Source: Selaginella moellendorffii
Lineage: Eukaryota; Plantae; Lycopodiophyta
Direction of reading: 5' to 3'
NCBI RefSeq assembly: GCF_000143415.4
Contig: NW_003314328.1
Span: forward strand, 833,889-897,888
Length of the DNA stretch: 64,000 nucleotides
Positions 27,097 to 38,005 of the stretch are shown one piece after another. Under the pieces are notes generated by a model. That model saw nothing but the letters and a program-made list of their open reading frames with translations. It was not told where the DNA came from and made no database searches. The position numbers and the translations under genes were made by a program. The first letter of the stretch is position 1. Each line of letters begins with the position of its first letter.

Positions 27097-28560
27097 CTAA
27101 CTCCTGGATGCAGCCCCGTTCAAGAAGTTGGAGATGGAGCTTGCAAAGTTGGAGATGGCTCCAACTAAAACTGTTGCAACTGCAGCCTTTTCCTTCTCAG
27201 CCAGGCTATTCTCCTTCATGCAAACAATGCTCTCCTTTTGCCACGCTAGATTCTACTCATTTCGAGCAGCAGTGAGAGCATTCCCCTCAGCAAGTAAAGT
27301 TGTCATGTTTTTCTCGGCCTTCTTCGGGTTCTTCCGCTTCCCTAAACTCCCTGGCACCTGTGTAGCATCTCCAGGAGGATCAACACCATCCGCGGGATCC
27401 TCCTCGTAAGCTTCCTCTTCCGGAGCATCTGAATCAGCAAGAAATGTTGGAGATGTTGATGCTTGCTTCGCTAGGAATTCATCCATGATGTTGAAGTACT
27501 CGACTGGGAACACCTTCAAGTTCAGCTTCACCGGCATAAGTCGCTTCGCATCCTCGTGGCTCAAGCTAAAGTAGTCGGGGTTTCCAGTTTTCCTCTGGAA
27601 ATCGCAAACACACTTGTAGTCGTTGCAAAGGTTGTTCTAGCGAGTCCGGCAAGCCTTCCAGTCCCGCTGCATGCCAGCAACCTGCATCTTCTTCGCAATC
27701 CTCTTCCAACGATCGGTTGCTGTCAACATCATCTCCTCGCTGCCCCGCATTGCCCCGATCTTTCCAAGGTGATCTTCCCATTTGAAATCAATGAGGGAAG
27801 CCGTCTCATCATCTCCCCAATTTTTCCCACATTTCTTCCTCATTTTCTTCGCGACATGAACACCTGCCTCCCCTTCCTCATTGTCATCGCCCTCCTCTTC
27901 ATCACCCCGATCATCTTCTTCCACCTCCTGTTCAACGGCAACATCGTCCTACTCCTCCAAGTTATGAAACTAGAACTGCATGTACTGTTGTCCTGGTGAC
28001 TACTCCTGCTCCAGGTCACTTACTTCGCCACCCTAAACCCGAAACCACTCTCCTAGAATCTGAGCTAAACTCGGTTTGAAGCTTACCTTGTTAGTTGTCG
28101 TAGAAGAGAATTCAGAGAACAATCGAGTTCTAGAAGCCATTGGGGGAGAGGCTCCAACTCCCTGTGCTACAGCTCCCCGTGCTCCAGCTCCCTGTGCTAC
28201 AGCTCCCCGCGCTCCAGCTCCAAGTCCGCCCTGATTGAGGCCAAGATTCGAGAGATCGGCATCTCCATGGCCTCGGCCTCGAGGCGGCCTGCCTCCTCGA
28301 GCAACAGCTGGGCCTGGTGCTCGTCCTCCAGCCCCGGATGCTCCTCCACCATGGTTGCTCGTCACTCCACAAGCAGCACCTCCTCGCTGGATGCCACTGC
28401 CCCGAACCTGCACCATCTCCTCGTCAAACCCTACAGCTCCTCCTTCCCCAAAATCGTCTGCTCCTCCTTCCCCAAAATCAGCTACTCCTCCTTCCTCCAC
28501 CAAATCCCCAACAGGATCTAACCCTAGGGCGATGACTGCTGTCAGCTCCCCCGCCATAAA
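27097..28560 (-). pseudogene. Harbinger Myb/SANT (trihelix) DNA-binding partner protein
   Basis: NWGDDETASLIDFKW..RWKRIAKKM..RDWKACRTR*NNL (27637-27830), then EYFNIMDEFL and a coiled C-terminus; acidic/Gly-rich N-terminus; stops present. Confidence 0.8.
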
Positions 28561-29276
28561 ATGCTTGAGCTCACGGCAGCTCACAGCAAAAAACTGAAGC
28601 GCCCTAATCAGGGCGCTGGAATCTTTGGGGAATCTCGGAGATTCCTTTTAAAAATATTTTAAGTTTAAAAGAAGCCCCCCCCCAATCTTTTAAAATCGGT
28701 CTGAATGTTTTAAAAAGTGAAAACATTGTGTTAAAGTTAGCACTATGTGCGAATCAAAATGTTTTAAGAAAATATCCTAAATTTTAATGTAAAGTAATTT
28801 ACTTTATTTTAAAACATAGTGCGAATGTATTCATCACTTAAATTTAACACATTTCAAGAATAAAGAGCAGGTGCGAATGGCTCCTATGTATTTTATATTT
28901 TTATCTAATTTCTAAACATTTTTATTTTCTAGGTTATGATGTGGACCTATCATGCCTTCTGCAAAAACATACATGATGGGTTTCGTGATAGCAAACGTGC
29001 AGCACGTGTTTTGCCTGGGTACAACAGTTCCACTAACATCATACCCAACCTTGTGGATGAGCAGATCCACAACATGTTTCCAAGGTACCAATTTTGAACT
29101 CCATCGGCAATGCAAGTTTTGCTTGAGCTCTATTACCCACCAGATGGTGTTGTGATTGATTGTAGAGCAGGTAGTGGTTCTATGGTGGAAGTAGCACATG
29201 ACTCTGGTAGGTCGGTGTTTGCTATTGAAGAACATCATTTCTTCAAACGCCGGCTTAGAGGATTTTGTGAGTTGCT

Positions 29277-29470
29277 TGTAAGCAACCAAAGGGAACGACT
29301 CGAGAGACGATCCATGGGGTTCAAATATAGAGGGAAAGGGCCCATGAACAAGAGTGCACCCCCTTTTCCAATCGGTTAAGGGTCTTGGGATATTTGGGGT
29401 TAAGCGTCCTTGGGTTTGAATAGTACTGGGCTGGGTGACCTCCCGGGAAGTCCAAATTCAGGAGCTTACA
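29277..29470 (+). mobile_element. Cassandra TRIM solo LTR (194 bp) containing a 5S rRNA-derived segment
   Basis: TGTAAGC...GCTTACA termini; 5-bp TSD TTGCT (29272-29276, 29471-29475); GTTAAGCGTCCTTGGG..TAGTACTGGGCTGGGTGACCTCCCGGGAAGTCC (~29400-29453) matches the A-box to C-box part of plant 5S rRNA. Confidence 0.9.
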
Positions 29471-30030
29471 TTGCTTCGAACCTCAAGGAGGTAAATTATG
29501 TTTATTAAAATTTCAATATATGTTTAATTCTAATTTATAGATCATAGTCACCTGGAGTTTCTAGAATTGGAGGCTTTGGAAATCTCCCTGACTATGCAGA
29601 AGCCATAGCTCAACATATGCAAGGTGAATCTTCCCCACAATACCAATATAGGAGGAAGTATAAAAGAAATCATTATGTTGATGATGAGGCAGAAGAAAGT
29701 TAATTGCATCCTTACATAAAATAGAAAGCTTGTTATATGTTAGATGTCAGTGAAAGTGTTAGATGTTAGTCAAAGTGTCAGATGTTAGTAAAATTGTCAG
29801 ATGTTAGTGTCAATGTCAGATATCATAATTGCAAATTATCATTCTCACATGTCACCATCACTTTGTAGCGCTTGTGTGTTGCCATCTCCTCCTTCAACAT
29901 TTTGTAAACAATTATATGTGATATGATAGCACCTTCTAGAACAAGGTATGTTACCTACAACTAATATCATTTTATTATATTTTTATTTTAATAGTGACAA
30001 TACTATAGTATAGTAAAGTAATTCTAGATT

Positions 30031-30576
30031 TTACATTCCATTGTAGGGTGGCCTAAAAACCCCATATTTTGCACTAGCCGATGTAGTGTTTCCCAAGGGG
30101 ATGTTATTCCTCACCATGAAGTGATAGTGGGTATGTGTCCGTAATTTATTCTTGAATCTATTGTACATCCACATGTGCACATTTTCCAGACCTGCCGTTG
30201 GGCAATTCCTACAGTGCTCAAGAAAAGTTTGTAAACCCATAGAGCCATTTGTCTTGTCCAAGAAAAAGTAGCATATTGGACACCGAATGTAATAGCGTTC
30301 TGTGCTTTCAAATAATCTTGCCATGTCAGGAGCAAGATCTTGCAAAAACATGTGGCATTGCTCTTGAAGCGCTGGAAGCAACCCCTCTCTAGCAGTAAGA
30401 TTCGGAATTTCACATATAGAGAGCTCTAGTTCAACTTCACTAGAGCCCTCAGCAGAAAAAAGATTATTATGTGGAGGTGAAAGTGGAATGTTAGTAGAAC
30501 TTGGGGATGGAGGTGGAGATTGATATGAAATGCTGAGGGGCCAAATACGAGTAGCAATGGCTCTCCTTTGAGCCAT
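30031..30576 (-). CDS. Hypothetical 181-aa protein with a putative zinc-binding motif (CPIC..FLEHCRNC), MULE cargo
   Basis: Uninterrupted ORF from ATG 30576 in AT-rich DNA; Ser/Pro-rich N-terminus and CxxC..HxxxC. Confidence 0.55.
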   Translation of the reverse strand: MAQRRAIATRIWPLSISYQSPPPSPSSTNIPLSPPHNNLFSAEGSSEVELELSICEIPNLTAREGLLPALQEQCHMFLQDLAPDMARLFESTERYYIRCPICYFFLDKTNGSMGLQTFLEHCRNCPTAGLENVHMWMYNRFKNKLRTHTHYHFMVRNNIPLGNTTSASAKYGVFRPPYNGM

Positions 30577-31189
30577 TTCAATACAAACTTCTAAAGAGCT
30601 CAAGGAAAACAAAAAACCTACGATGACTACAACTTTTCTAAACAGTTTATATACTAAGTTTTAGTCTTGGGAATGAGGTTTATTTATTATGACACTGACA
30701 ATATTCAGATTCTTTAAATATCAATCTTGGAAATAGGGCTTTATAATCATAGCTTTCTTGTAAACATAAGAGCTTCTAGAATTTTAGATTATCGTGCATA
30801 CACATGCTCTATCATTATCATGAATCTTACTTTGCTACACATATATTCTTTTCTACACATGCCAAATGTCTAGGGAAATAAACTACAAGGAAATATAGAC
30901 CATATTATAGTGGCAGAGCACGTTGGCACACTACCATTCTCTCATATGAGATTGCCTTTCAGTCTTGGAAATGTAGAAAAAGTTGATTCTTTGATGTGAT
31001 ATTACTTTTGAGTCTTTCGAAAGATTTCAATTTCTTTTATTATTATTTACAAACAATTCCTGAAAACTTTTAATGAGGATTCATTGAAAAATATACCTTG
31101 GTCTTATCATATGAGAGGATTGCGATATAGGTAGGCAACAAAGTTTTTAATATGAATTAATATGTAAATTACAAATGTTATGGAAAGTT

Positions 31190-31438
31190 TTATAGAGTAG
31201 ATTTCTTGATGCTTTTCGCCATGCTGTTCATTTCTTCATTTCTCTTGCTCTGGACTGTTGTTTCAGAAGTAACAGAAGCATTTTTATCAATCGTGATAGT
31301 GGTCTCCACATTCCCAGATGAGTAATAAGGACCAGGAGTGTAATATAGAGATTGCGGTAATGAAACAAAATTAGCATTCTCACATTCCTTTACACTACAA
31401 CTCTTACTTATAGATTTTGTATTTTCCTTGCTTCCCAT
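31190..31438 (-). CDS. Small hypothetical protein (82 aa, SLP.S.YYTPG family), homologous to the Sola micro-ORF
   Basis: FVSLPQSLYYTPG..NASVTSETTVQSK versus YISLPNSPYYTPG..NAPVTSETTIQSK. Confidence 0.65.
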   Translation of the reverse strand: MGSKENTKSISKSCSVKECENANFVSLPQSLYYTPGPYYSSGNVETTITIDKNASVTSETTVQSKRNEEMNSMAKSIKKSTL

Positions 31439-31799
31439 CTTCTCAAGAACCCTAAAAAATCTTTTGAATGAAGGAATAGTATCTACAACTGTAAAAGTAT
31501 TCAAAATATTAAGTAGTCAAATCAAATATGACAGTTGTAACAGTTGTCATAATAAAATAATATAGTTTTATAAAAGATAGGTTCTCATGAACTTTGTCTT
31601 TTTTAAACATTTCAATCTTATAGAAACTTTTAACTCAGATATTTACGTTTTTTAATATTTTAAAGTTTGCTAGAACTTTCATTTGTTCAATTTAGATTTC
31701 CTTTGTAATACTTCTTATTAACTATATTGACTTGAGTTGACTTGTGTTGAATTGAGCTCAACTCAACTTTGGACCATCCCTCTTACCCCCTTACCTATA

Positions 31800-34700
31800 C
31801 CCTTTGAGTTTTATGGTTCGGTTCTATCCCTTTATTACTTGCCTTTTGACCTTACACATTCCTTTCAGTTATTCTTCTCCAAGCTAGAAGGATAGTTTTG
31901 CACTTTCTTCTATGCTTTAGCAAATATTTTTATAGATGAACCTACCTGATAGTTTAGGGAGTTGTTCCTTAATTTAGATATGATCACATTATAATCCCAA
32001 TCAATGTTGCTACTTATAAGCATTTCTATGCCCATCACTAGCCTTGCTAAAATCCTTTTTGGCTTTGTCTAATTTGGATAGACAAACTTCTCCCATCTCT
32101 ACAACTTCAGAACTTTTTTTTGGAGTTGTTTCTTTGGCAGTGTTTTAGACTAGAGTATGTATCAACGAGGATGTCAATCATCCTTAAGAGGGGGAGAGTG
32201 TCGTGAATATGACTGCGAGTATAAGGTTACACTTTGAGTTGGCAAGATGGATTTGAGATGTACCATTTTGCACGAGTTTGCACTTGGGCTCATGAATAAG
32301 GCATATTAGCAACTCAAGGTTATACAATGAGTTGACAGGATTAATATTAGCCTATCAGTGGTTCCATGAGTTGTACCATGTACCATAGGTTAAAGTAAAC
32401 CTCCCATGGGTTTGCTATGAGTGGCAAATAGACTGGTCCATAACTATTTAGCATGGCACTAGTGGATTCTTCCTAGATGTGATTATATATGAATCAATCA
32501 AGACTGTAGGGATTAGTCTATTGATTTAAGTAGTCATTATTGCGCTGTCTTATTAACTTTTCTTGGATTAGACTGAAGGAAATGCGAAAGACGGCTTAAG
32601 GTTTGGTCAAAGATGAGACCGAAAAAGAGAGTTATCAGGGATAAAGGATCAAATATGTAAATCATTTTTTCTTCTTAGAGAGATGATTTGCAACGAGGTG
32701 TGATTCATTGCTCATGTTCACATCATGCAATCAAGAGTTCCTAGATGGATAGTGGTGAAGCGCTAAACCATTTTGTCTAGGCTTGCTATTGAAGACTTCG
32801 GTCGCAATGCTTAATTCTTTTCTAAGGAACCTTGCTATTGCTCCTTGAATAATTTGGTGTTGGATTAGTTTTGAGTTTGGTCAAAAAGAGAGTGGCATGA
32901 GCTTGTCCGTATTGTGAACAAAAATCAGTAGTGTTCGGAGTTGTAAATCTCTATCGGTGGGGTGTGGCATTTATATTGCATTTTGTCGAATTGAGTTAAC
33001 ATTCGATACTTACAAAGTAACAATGTGGGTTTGCTCATAGTGTTGCTCAATTGATAATCAAGTCATTGTGATATCTATATCATATCCATGTGATAATAAA
33101 CAATATGTTTATGAAATTGCTTGGTTAAATAATGATCAACCCCAAAATAGATGATAGTGAAACTAGTCTACTTGTAAGTAGTAATATTGAAATAGCTTTG
33201 ACTAAGTTCTTTATTTATGATATTTTGAGCTTAAGTTGGTACTTTGTTTCTTTAGGGGTTTGTCCATAAGGTGTTGGAAAGGGTTATAGCATTCACTTGC
33301 TATAACTTATTGGTTCCATTAACACTTGAAGTAGATTGTTGGATGAAGAAGGTGTATAGTTGAGGCATTGCATCGTTAGCACTTGTGCTAGTGGAAATGG
33401 TATTGTTATGTTGAGTGATGAGGAATTTTCCTTAAAACTTAATTTTCCATGTCATTTTTCTTATTAGTGTTTTGGCTTCACATTGGATCTTGAACATAAT
33501 TGAAGAAGAATGTTAGTGCAATGTGGATATCTGAATATATAGTTTTCATGATCAAACCTTGGATGTTCATTTTGCATTTTGCGAATGTCAGTGTTGGATA
33601 TTGAAAATATAGACATGATATTCAAGGCTTAAGCATACTATGGGTCTTGAGAATTTGTGTTGAGATGAACATATATGAAGTTGTTGGTAGGAGGAAGTTG
33701 GTTAAGTCTTAAAAATTTATATTCTTAGATTGAGAATTATTCTTTCTTTAGAATGAAAAATTTTTCCACAAATTTTCTTAGGTTTTTCCAATGGCTAATC
33801 TATTGATTATTTTGCTCAAAAACCATTCCATTTTTGTAAGCCAGTACAAATTAGTGAATTGACCTTGGTTAGATTAGAACTTAGTAGCTTGTATGATGCA
33901 ACTTGAAAAGGATGCTGACTTTTGGGGCTAAAGCAATTGAGTTGAATAGAGTTTGGAGTTGGTATAGAAAAGTGGCCATTACACTTTTATAGAAAAGTGA
34001 CATTTATGCCTTTCTTTTATAGCATTATGCTTGGTGGCAAATTACACTTTGCATTTTGTTAAACTCTATGAGAGTAGTAAGCTCTCACTGATCTTGACTT
34101 AGTCTTGGTGGCCCTACACCTTGGCTGAAGATGGTGATGTCCAACTTAGTTGTTTGAAGTTGAGATATTGGTACCTATACTATAGCTTTGTCTATGAGGA
34201 GGTTGTATACCAATATGAGTCTGTCTCATGATTTTCATTTTAGTTTTGACTAAATGTGATCATGCATAGCTAGCCTTTTCAAGGCATGTTTAAAGTTATT
34301 GGCTATACGTGTTGGTGAATTTATTGTGGTTTGATTGGATTTGAGTGGTCATTTAATTTGTGCTTATTTATGAATCTTTATCTTATACCTGGGGTATTAC
34401 ATTCATATTGGACAAATATATGACTTGATGGTATGAGATTAGTGTTTAGGTCTTATAAAGGCAAGTTGAAAGAGTGATTGTTAGTTGGTTTGCAACTAGT
34501 GATTACTTGTAAATTTTGTTGAGGATTGTTAATACTTGCTTCGCTCGATGATGATTTAACAATGATAGGCTTGCTTTACCGAATGGTGTTACAAAGGATT
34601 ATATTGTTAAATTTGCATGATTTTTCCATATTAGCATATTGACTTTACCTTTATCAATATCATTTGGTTGCGTTTAGTTCGTAGTGTTAGATTTCATGAA

Positions 34701-37700
34701 GTCTTGGATGTGGTGAATCACTCCTTGATGATGTGTTATCTATAATTGAGTATTATTGAAAGATTGATTTCAGATACTGAGTAAGGTATCTTTTACTTTG
34801 GTTAGCTTAGTTGCTAAAAAGTTTGGGTGGTGATTCACTCTTGTTTTTTATTAGCTTTGTTATAGTGTTGATGGCACTAAAGTGATCCCTTGTTGTTGAC
34901 ATTATTGATATTGAAATTCGAGTGAAATGAGATGTTTTTCAATAGGATTGATATTGAGTTTCATTAGTCTTGATATAGATAGTGTTGATGATTTGGTTGT
35001 AGCTTTGTGTTATTGGCATTTATATATTTGCTAGTTAGCAATATATTGATGTTCAAATGAACTAAGTGGTAAGTTGAGCTAGCTGTGTTCTAAACAAGAT
35101 TGTTTAGTAGGGGTTGAGATTTGAGTTTTTCCTTGAAAAGTGATTCAGTCGTGGACTATGCTAGCTTTACAAGAAGATTTAGTGATCAATATTTAAGATG
35201 TTGGTTCCTTATTATATTTGAGTTGGGGATATATCAATCATTGATGATCATTTCTGTGTTTGTTATAAAGTGAATTACATCTTGCTATAGATAGATTCAT
35301 AAAGGATCGTTTAGTGATCATTTGTTGAGTATAGCTTCATTATATTTGGCTTTTGGATTAATGCAGACATACTCTTCATTAGCTTTATATTATGAAGTTT
35401 AGCTTATAAATGTGTTAAGGAGGATATTATGGGTTGTACCATGATTTCTTCTTTAGCATTGATGTTAGTTTATGGGAGACTCATAATCATTGTTAGGAAA
35501 GATTTGGCTATAGACTTCTTCAAAGTTTTTATTCTTTGAGTTTTCATACTCATTGTTCCATTTGTTAAGAGTTGTTGGGGAAGGCATTTTGGCTCATTAA
35601 CTTCAATGTTGAAGTTAGCTTTTGCATCTAGTAATCATTGATGATGATTGACTATCATCTTGGGATAGTTGATTTTTCTTATTAAAAGTTTTGCTTGGTT
35701 GTTGTTAGTGCTGAATGATCTGCAATTCTTCAGGATGGTGGATTATTTCTTCAACGATGATTATGCATCTCTCTATTAATGAGATGATTGATGATCTTTT
35801 ATAATGGTTAATTATTCTCTTTGATGGCTTATGGCTTCTTGCATTACCACATGTTCTTTGTGGTTTGATTTGGATTGATATCTTGGGTTTGAGATATTAG
35901 TAGGATGTTGCTATCACTTACTTGAGCAACTCTAGTTCCTTGATATTATTGACCAGAATCTATTCAGATTAGCTAATGTGATAGTTGATTTCATTTGGGC
36001 GAATGTGACTTCAGGTATCGAAAGTTACCTGTCCGCTAGTCCTTTCGGATATTCTTTCCTTACTGCCACAACGACAAGAGGTTGGTATTGCTAGATCTGT
36101 TATCAATTTCCATTTGAGTTAGTTGAGAAATTGGTCAATCAACCTAAGGCATAGTTTAGCTCTCGTTTGTGTGCCTATCCTTGTTCTACATCCAACTTGG
36201 GTCTAAACCCAAGTTCCATTCCATGTTAGTTAGTGGAGTACCCATGTCTTTGCATTAAGCCATTAGTATGCCGAAATAGTGCAAAACTCCGTTTAGCTCA
36301 GTTTTGCATGCTGGTCCTAGCATTGGGATGTTGGTTGCTCTAAGACTATTAGAGGGTTCCAAATGTATAGTAGGGATAGTGGGTAAGCATATCCAATCAA
36401 CCTAAGGCATAGTCTAGCTCTCGTTTGTGTGCCTATCCTTGTTCTACATCTAACTTGGGTCTAAGCCCAAGTTCCATTCCATGTTAGCTAGTGGAGTACC
36501 CATGTCTTTGCATTAGGCCATTAGTATGCTGAAATAGTGCAAAACTCCGTTTAGCTCAGTTTTGCATGCTGGTCCTAGCATTGGGATGTTGGTTGCTCTA
36601 AGACTGTTCCAAGTCACTCCGGGCTTCTGTCCTTTCGCTCCTTAGACTGTATGCTCGGAAGTTGCTCCGTGGTCCGGTTCCATCACTTCTTGGCTCCATG
36701 CTTGGGAGTTTAGCTCCGTTCCTTCATTTAATGCCCCAAGGCCCTGAAACTCAGGTTCCACACCACTATCCTTGGACACATGGCATGTGACATGTGGAAC
36801 ATAAAGGGTTAATGTACCACTTTGTGGTTATCCTATGGTAAATCACCATAGGATAAAGGGTGAAACCATATGTGTTATATTTGGTATCAGAGTATGAGTC
36901 TCATGAAGTATTATCCAAAGAGGTTGAGTAACTAATCTCGTTATATACGCAGAGATGAAAACAATGATTTGAGTGAGTACACATTTGGGTGCAAAGGCTT
37001 TGCATTCGTTCCTTGATAGATTTTGTTTTCCCTTTTATATTGTATTATATGAGTTTGCTCTTGGGCTCATAAGATGGATAGAGATGTTCCATTTTGCATG
37101 AGTTTGCGCTTGGGCTCATGAGTGAAGCATATTAGTAACTCAAGTTTACACTTTGAGTTGGCAAGATTAATATTAACCTATCGGTGGTTCCATGAGTTGT
37201 TCTGTGTAACGTGGGTTAAAGTAAACCTCCCTTGGGTTTGCTATAAGTGGTGAATAGGCTGGTTTGTAGCTATTTAGCATGGCACTAATGGATCCTTTTT
37301 AGTCATGATTATAAGTGGATCAATCAAGACTGTAGGGGTTAATCTATTGGTTCAAGTAGTCATTGCCGATCTCTCATAAACTTTTCTTGGATTGAATTGA
37401 AGGCAATACGAACTCAAGCCTAAGGTTTGGTCAAATATGAGACCGAAAAAAGAGTTCTTAGGGATGAAGGATCAAACACGTAAATCATTTTCTTTTCTTG
37501 GAGAGATGATTTGCAACGAGGTGTTAGCTCATTGCTTGTGTTCATATTATGCAATCAAAAGTCCTTACCTTGATGCATATTGAAAATGATGGTCTTATAA
37601 ATGGTGAGTTGTGGGATTGATAGCAGTAAAACGTTAAACCATTTTGTTTAGGCTTGTTATTAGAAGATTTGGATTACAATGCTCAATTCTTTTCAAGAGA

Positions 37701-38005
37701 ACCTTGCTATTGCTCCTTAAGTAACTTGGTGTTGGATTAATTTTGAGTTCGGTCAAAAAGAGAGTGGCATGAGCTTGTCCGTGTTGTAAATAAAAGTTAA
37801 TGGTGTTAAGTGTTGTAAATCTTTATCAGTGGGGTGAGACATTTATATCACATTTTATTGAATCATAAACCTTTAAAGTAATGATATGGGCATTACTTGT
37901 GATGTTGCTCAATTGATGATTAAGTCATTGTGATTTTATATCATATCCATGTGATAATGAATAATGTGTTTACGAAGTTGCTTGGTTAAATGATGATCAA
38001 CCCTA
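31800..38005 (+). mobile_element. Heavily decayed gypsy-type LTR retrotransposon remnants (older family)
   Basis: No ORFs and CpG-depleted; blocks repeat at 51150-54750 and 56640-58610; PBS-Met TGGTATCAGAG at 36882; ~210-bp duplication at 36135-36350 / 36393-36605. Confidence 0.7.

Larger units (their letters stand above)
25137..28884 (-). mobile_element. PIF/Harbinger-superfamily DNA transposon (3.75 kb) in an intron of the MTase gene
   Basis: 24-bp TIRs GGAGCCATTTGCACTTGCGCTTTA (25137-25160) and TAAAGAGCAGGTGCGAATGGCTCC (28861-28884), 3 mismatches; subterminal TTCGCAC repeats; nuclease plus Myb genes. Confidence 0.9.
21606..29703 (+). pseudogene. Multi-exon MULE cargo gene: NLS, poly-Pro, ParB/Srx-like domain, beta-class N6A/N4C DNA-methyltransferase-like domain; interrupted by Harbinger (intron) and Cassandra (exon)
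   Basis: Exon 1 ATG CCA CCA AGG|GT (21606-21617) splices to 22139 giving MPPRKRK. ParB motif FQIIDGNHRYGAW (~22950-22990). MTase motif IV-like ADFILFDFPDG (~24840-24873). After the intron (donor 25126, acceptor 28932): YQF*TPSAMQVLLELYYPPDGVVIDCRAGSGSMVEVAHDSGRSVFAIE (motifs X-I-II). About 10 exons with GT-AG introns; stop at 29701-29703. Confidence 0.8.
16148..31781 (-). mobile_element. Large decayed Mutator-like (MULE/SWIM) DNA transposon with cargo genes; boundaries approximate
   Basis: Imperfect terminal inverted motifs AGGGCGTGGACCA..GAGTTGAGCTC (16148-) and GAGCTCAACTC..TGGACCATCCCT (-31781), AT-rich subtermini, and an internal MULE-type transposase. No clean TSD (flanks CTTAGCT / CTTACCC). 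Confidence 0.62.

Noticed and set aside
29395-29455. 5S rRNA gene
   Set aside because: Only the internal ~55 nt match, and they sit inside a TG..CA LTR with a TSD, so this is Cassandra-type.
21606-29703. Bacterial or phage contamination as the source of the ParB-MTase gene
   Set aside because: The gene has many spliceosomal introns, an NLS and nested plant TEs, so it is integrated eukaryotic DNA.
16141-31788. hAT assignment from the TAGGG/AGGGATG-like ends
   Set aside because: No 8-bp TSD and the transposase has MULE CxxH and SWIM features; the exact ends remain uncertain.
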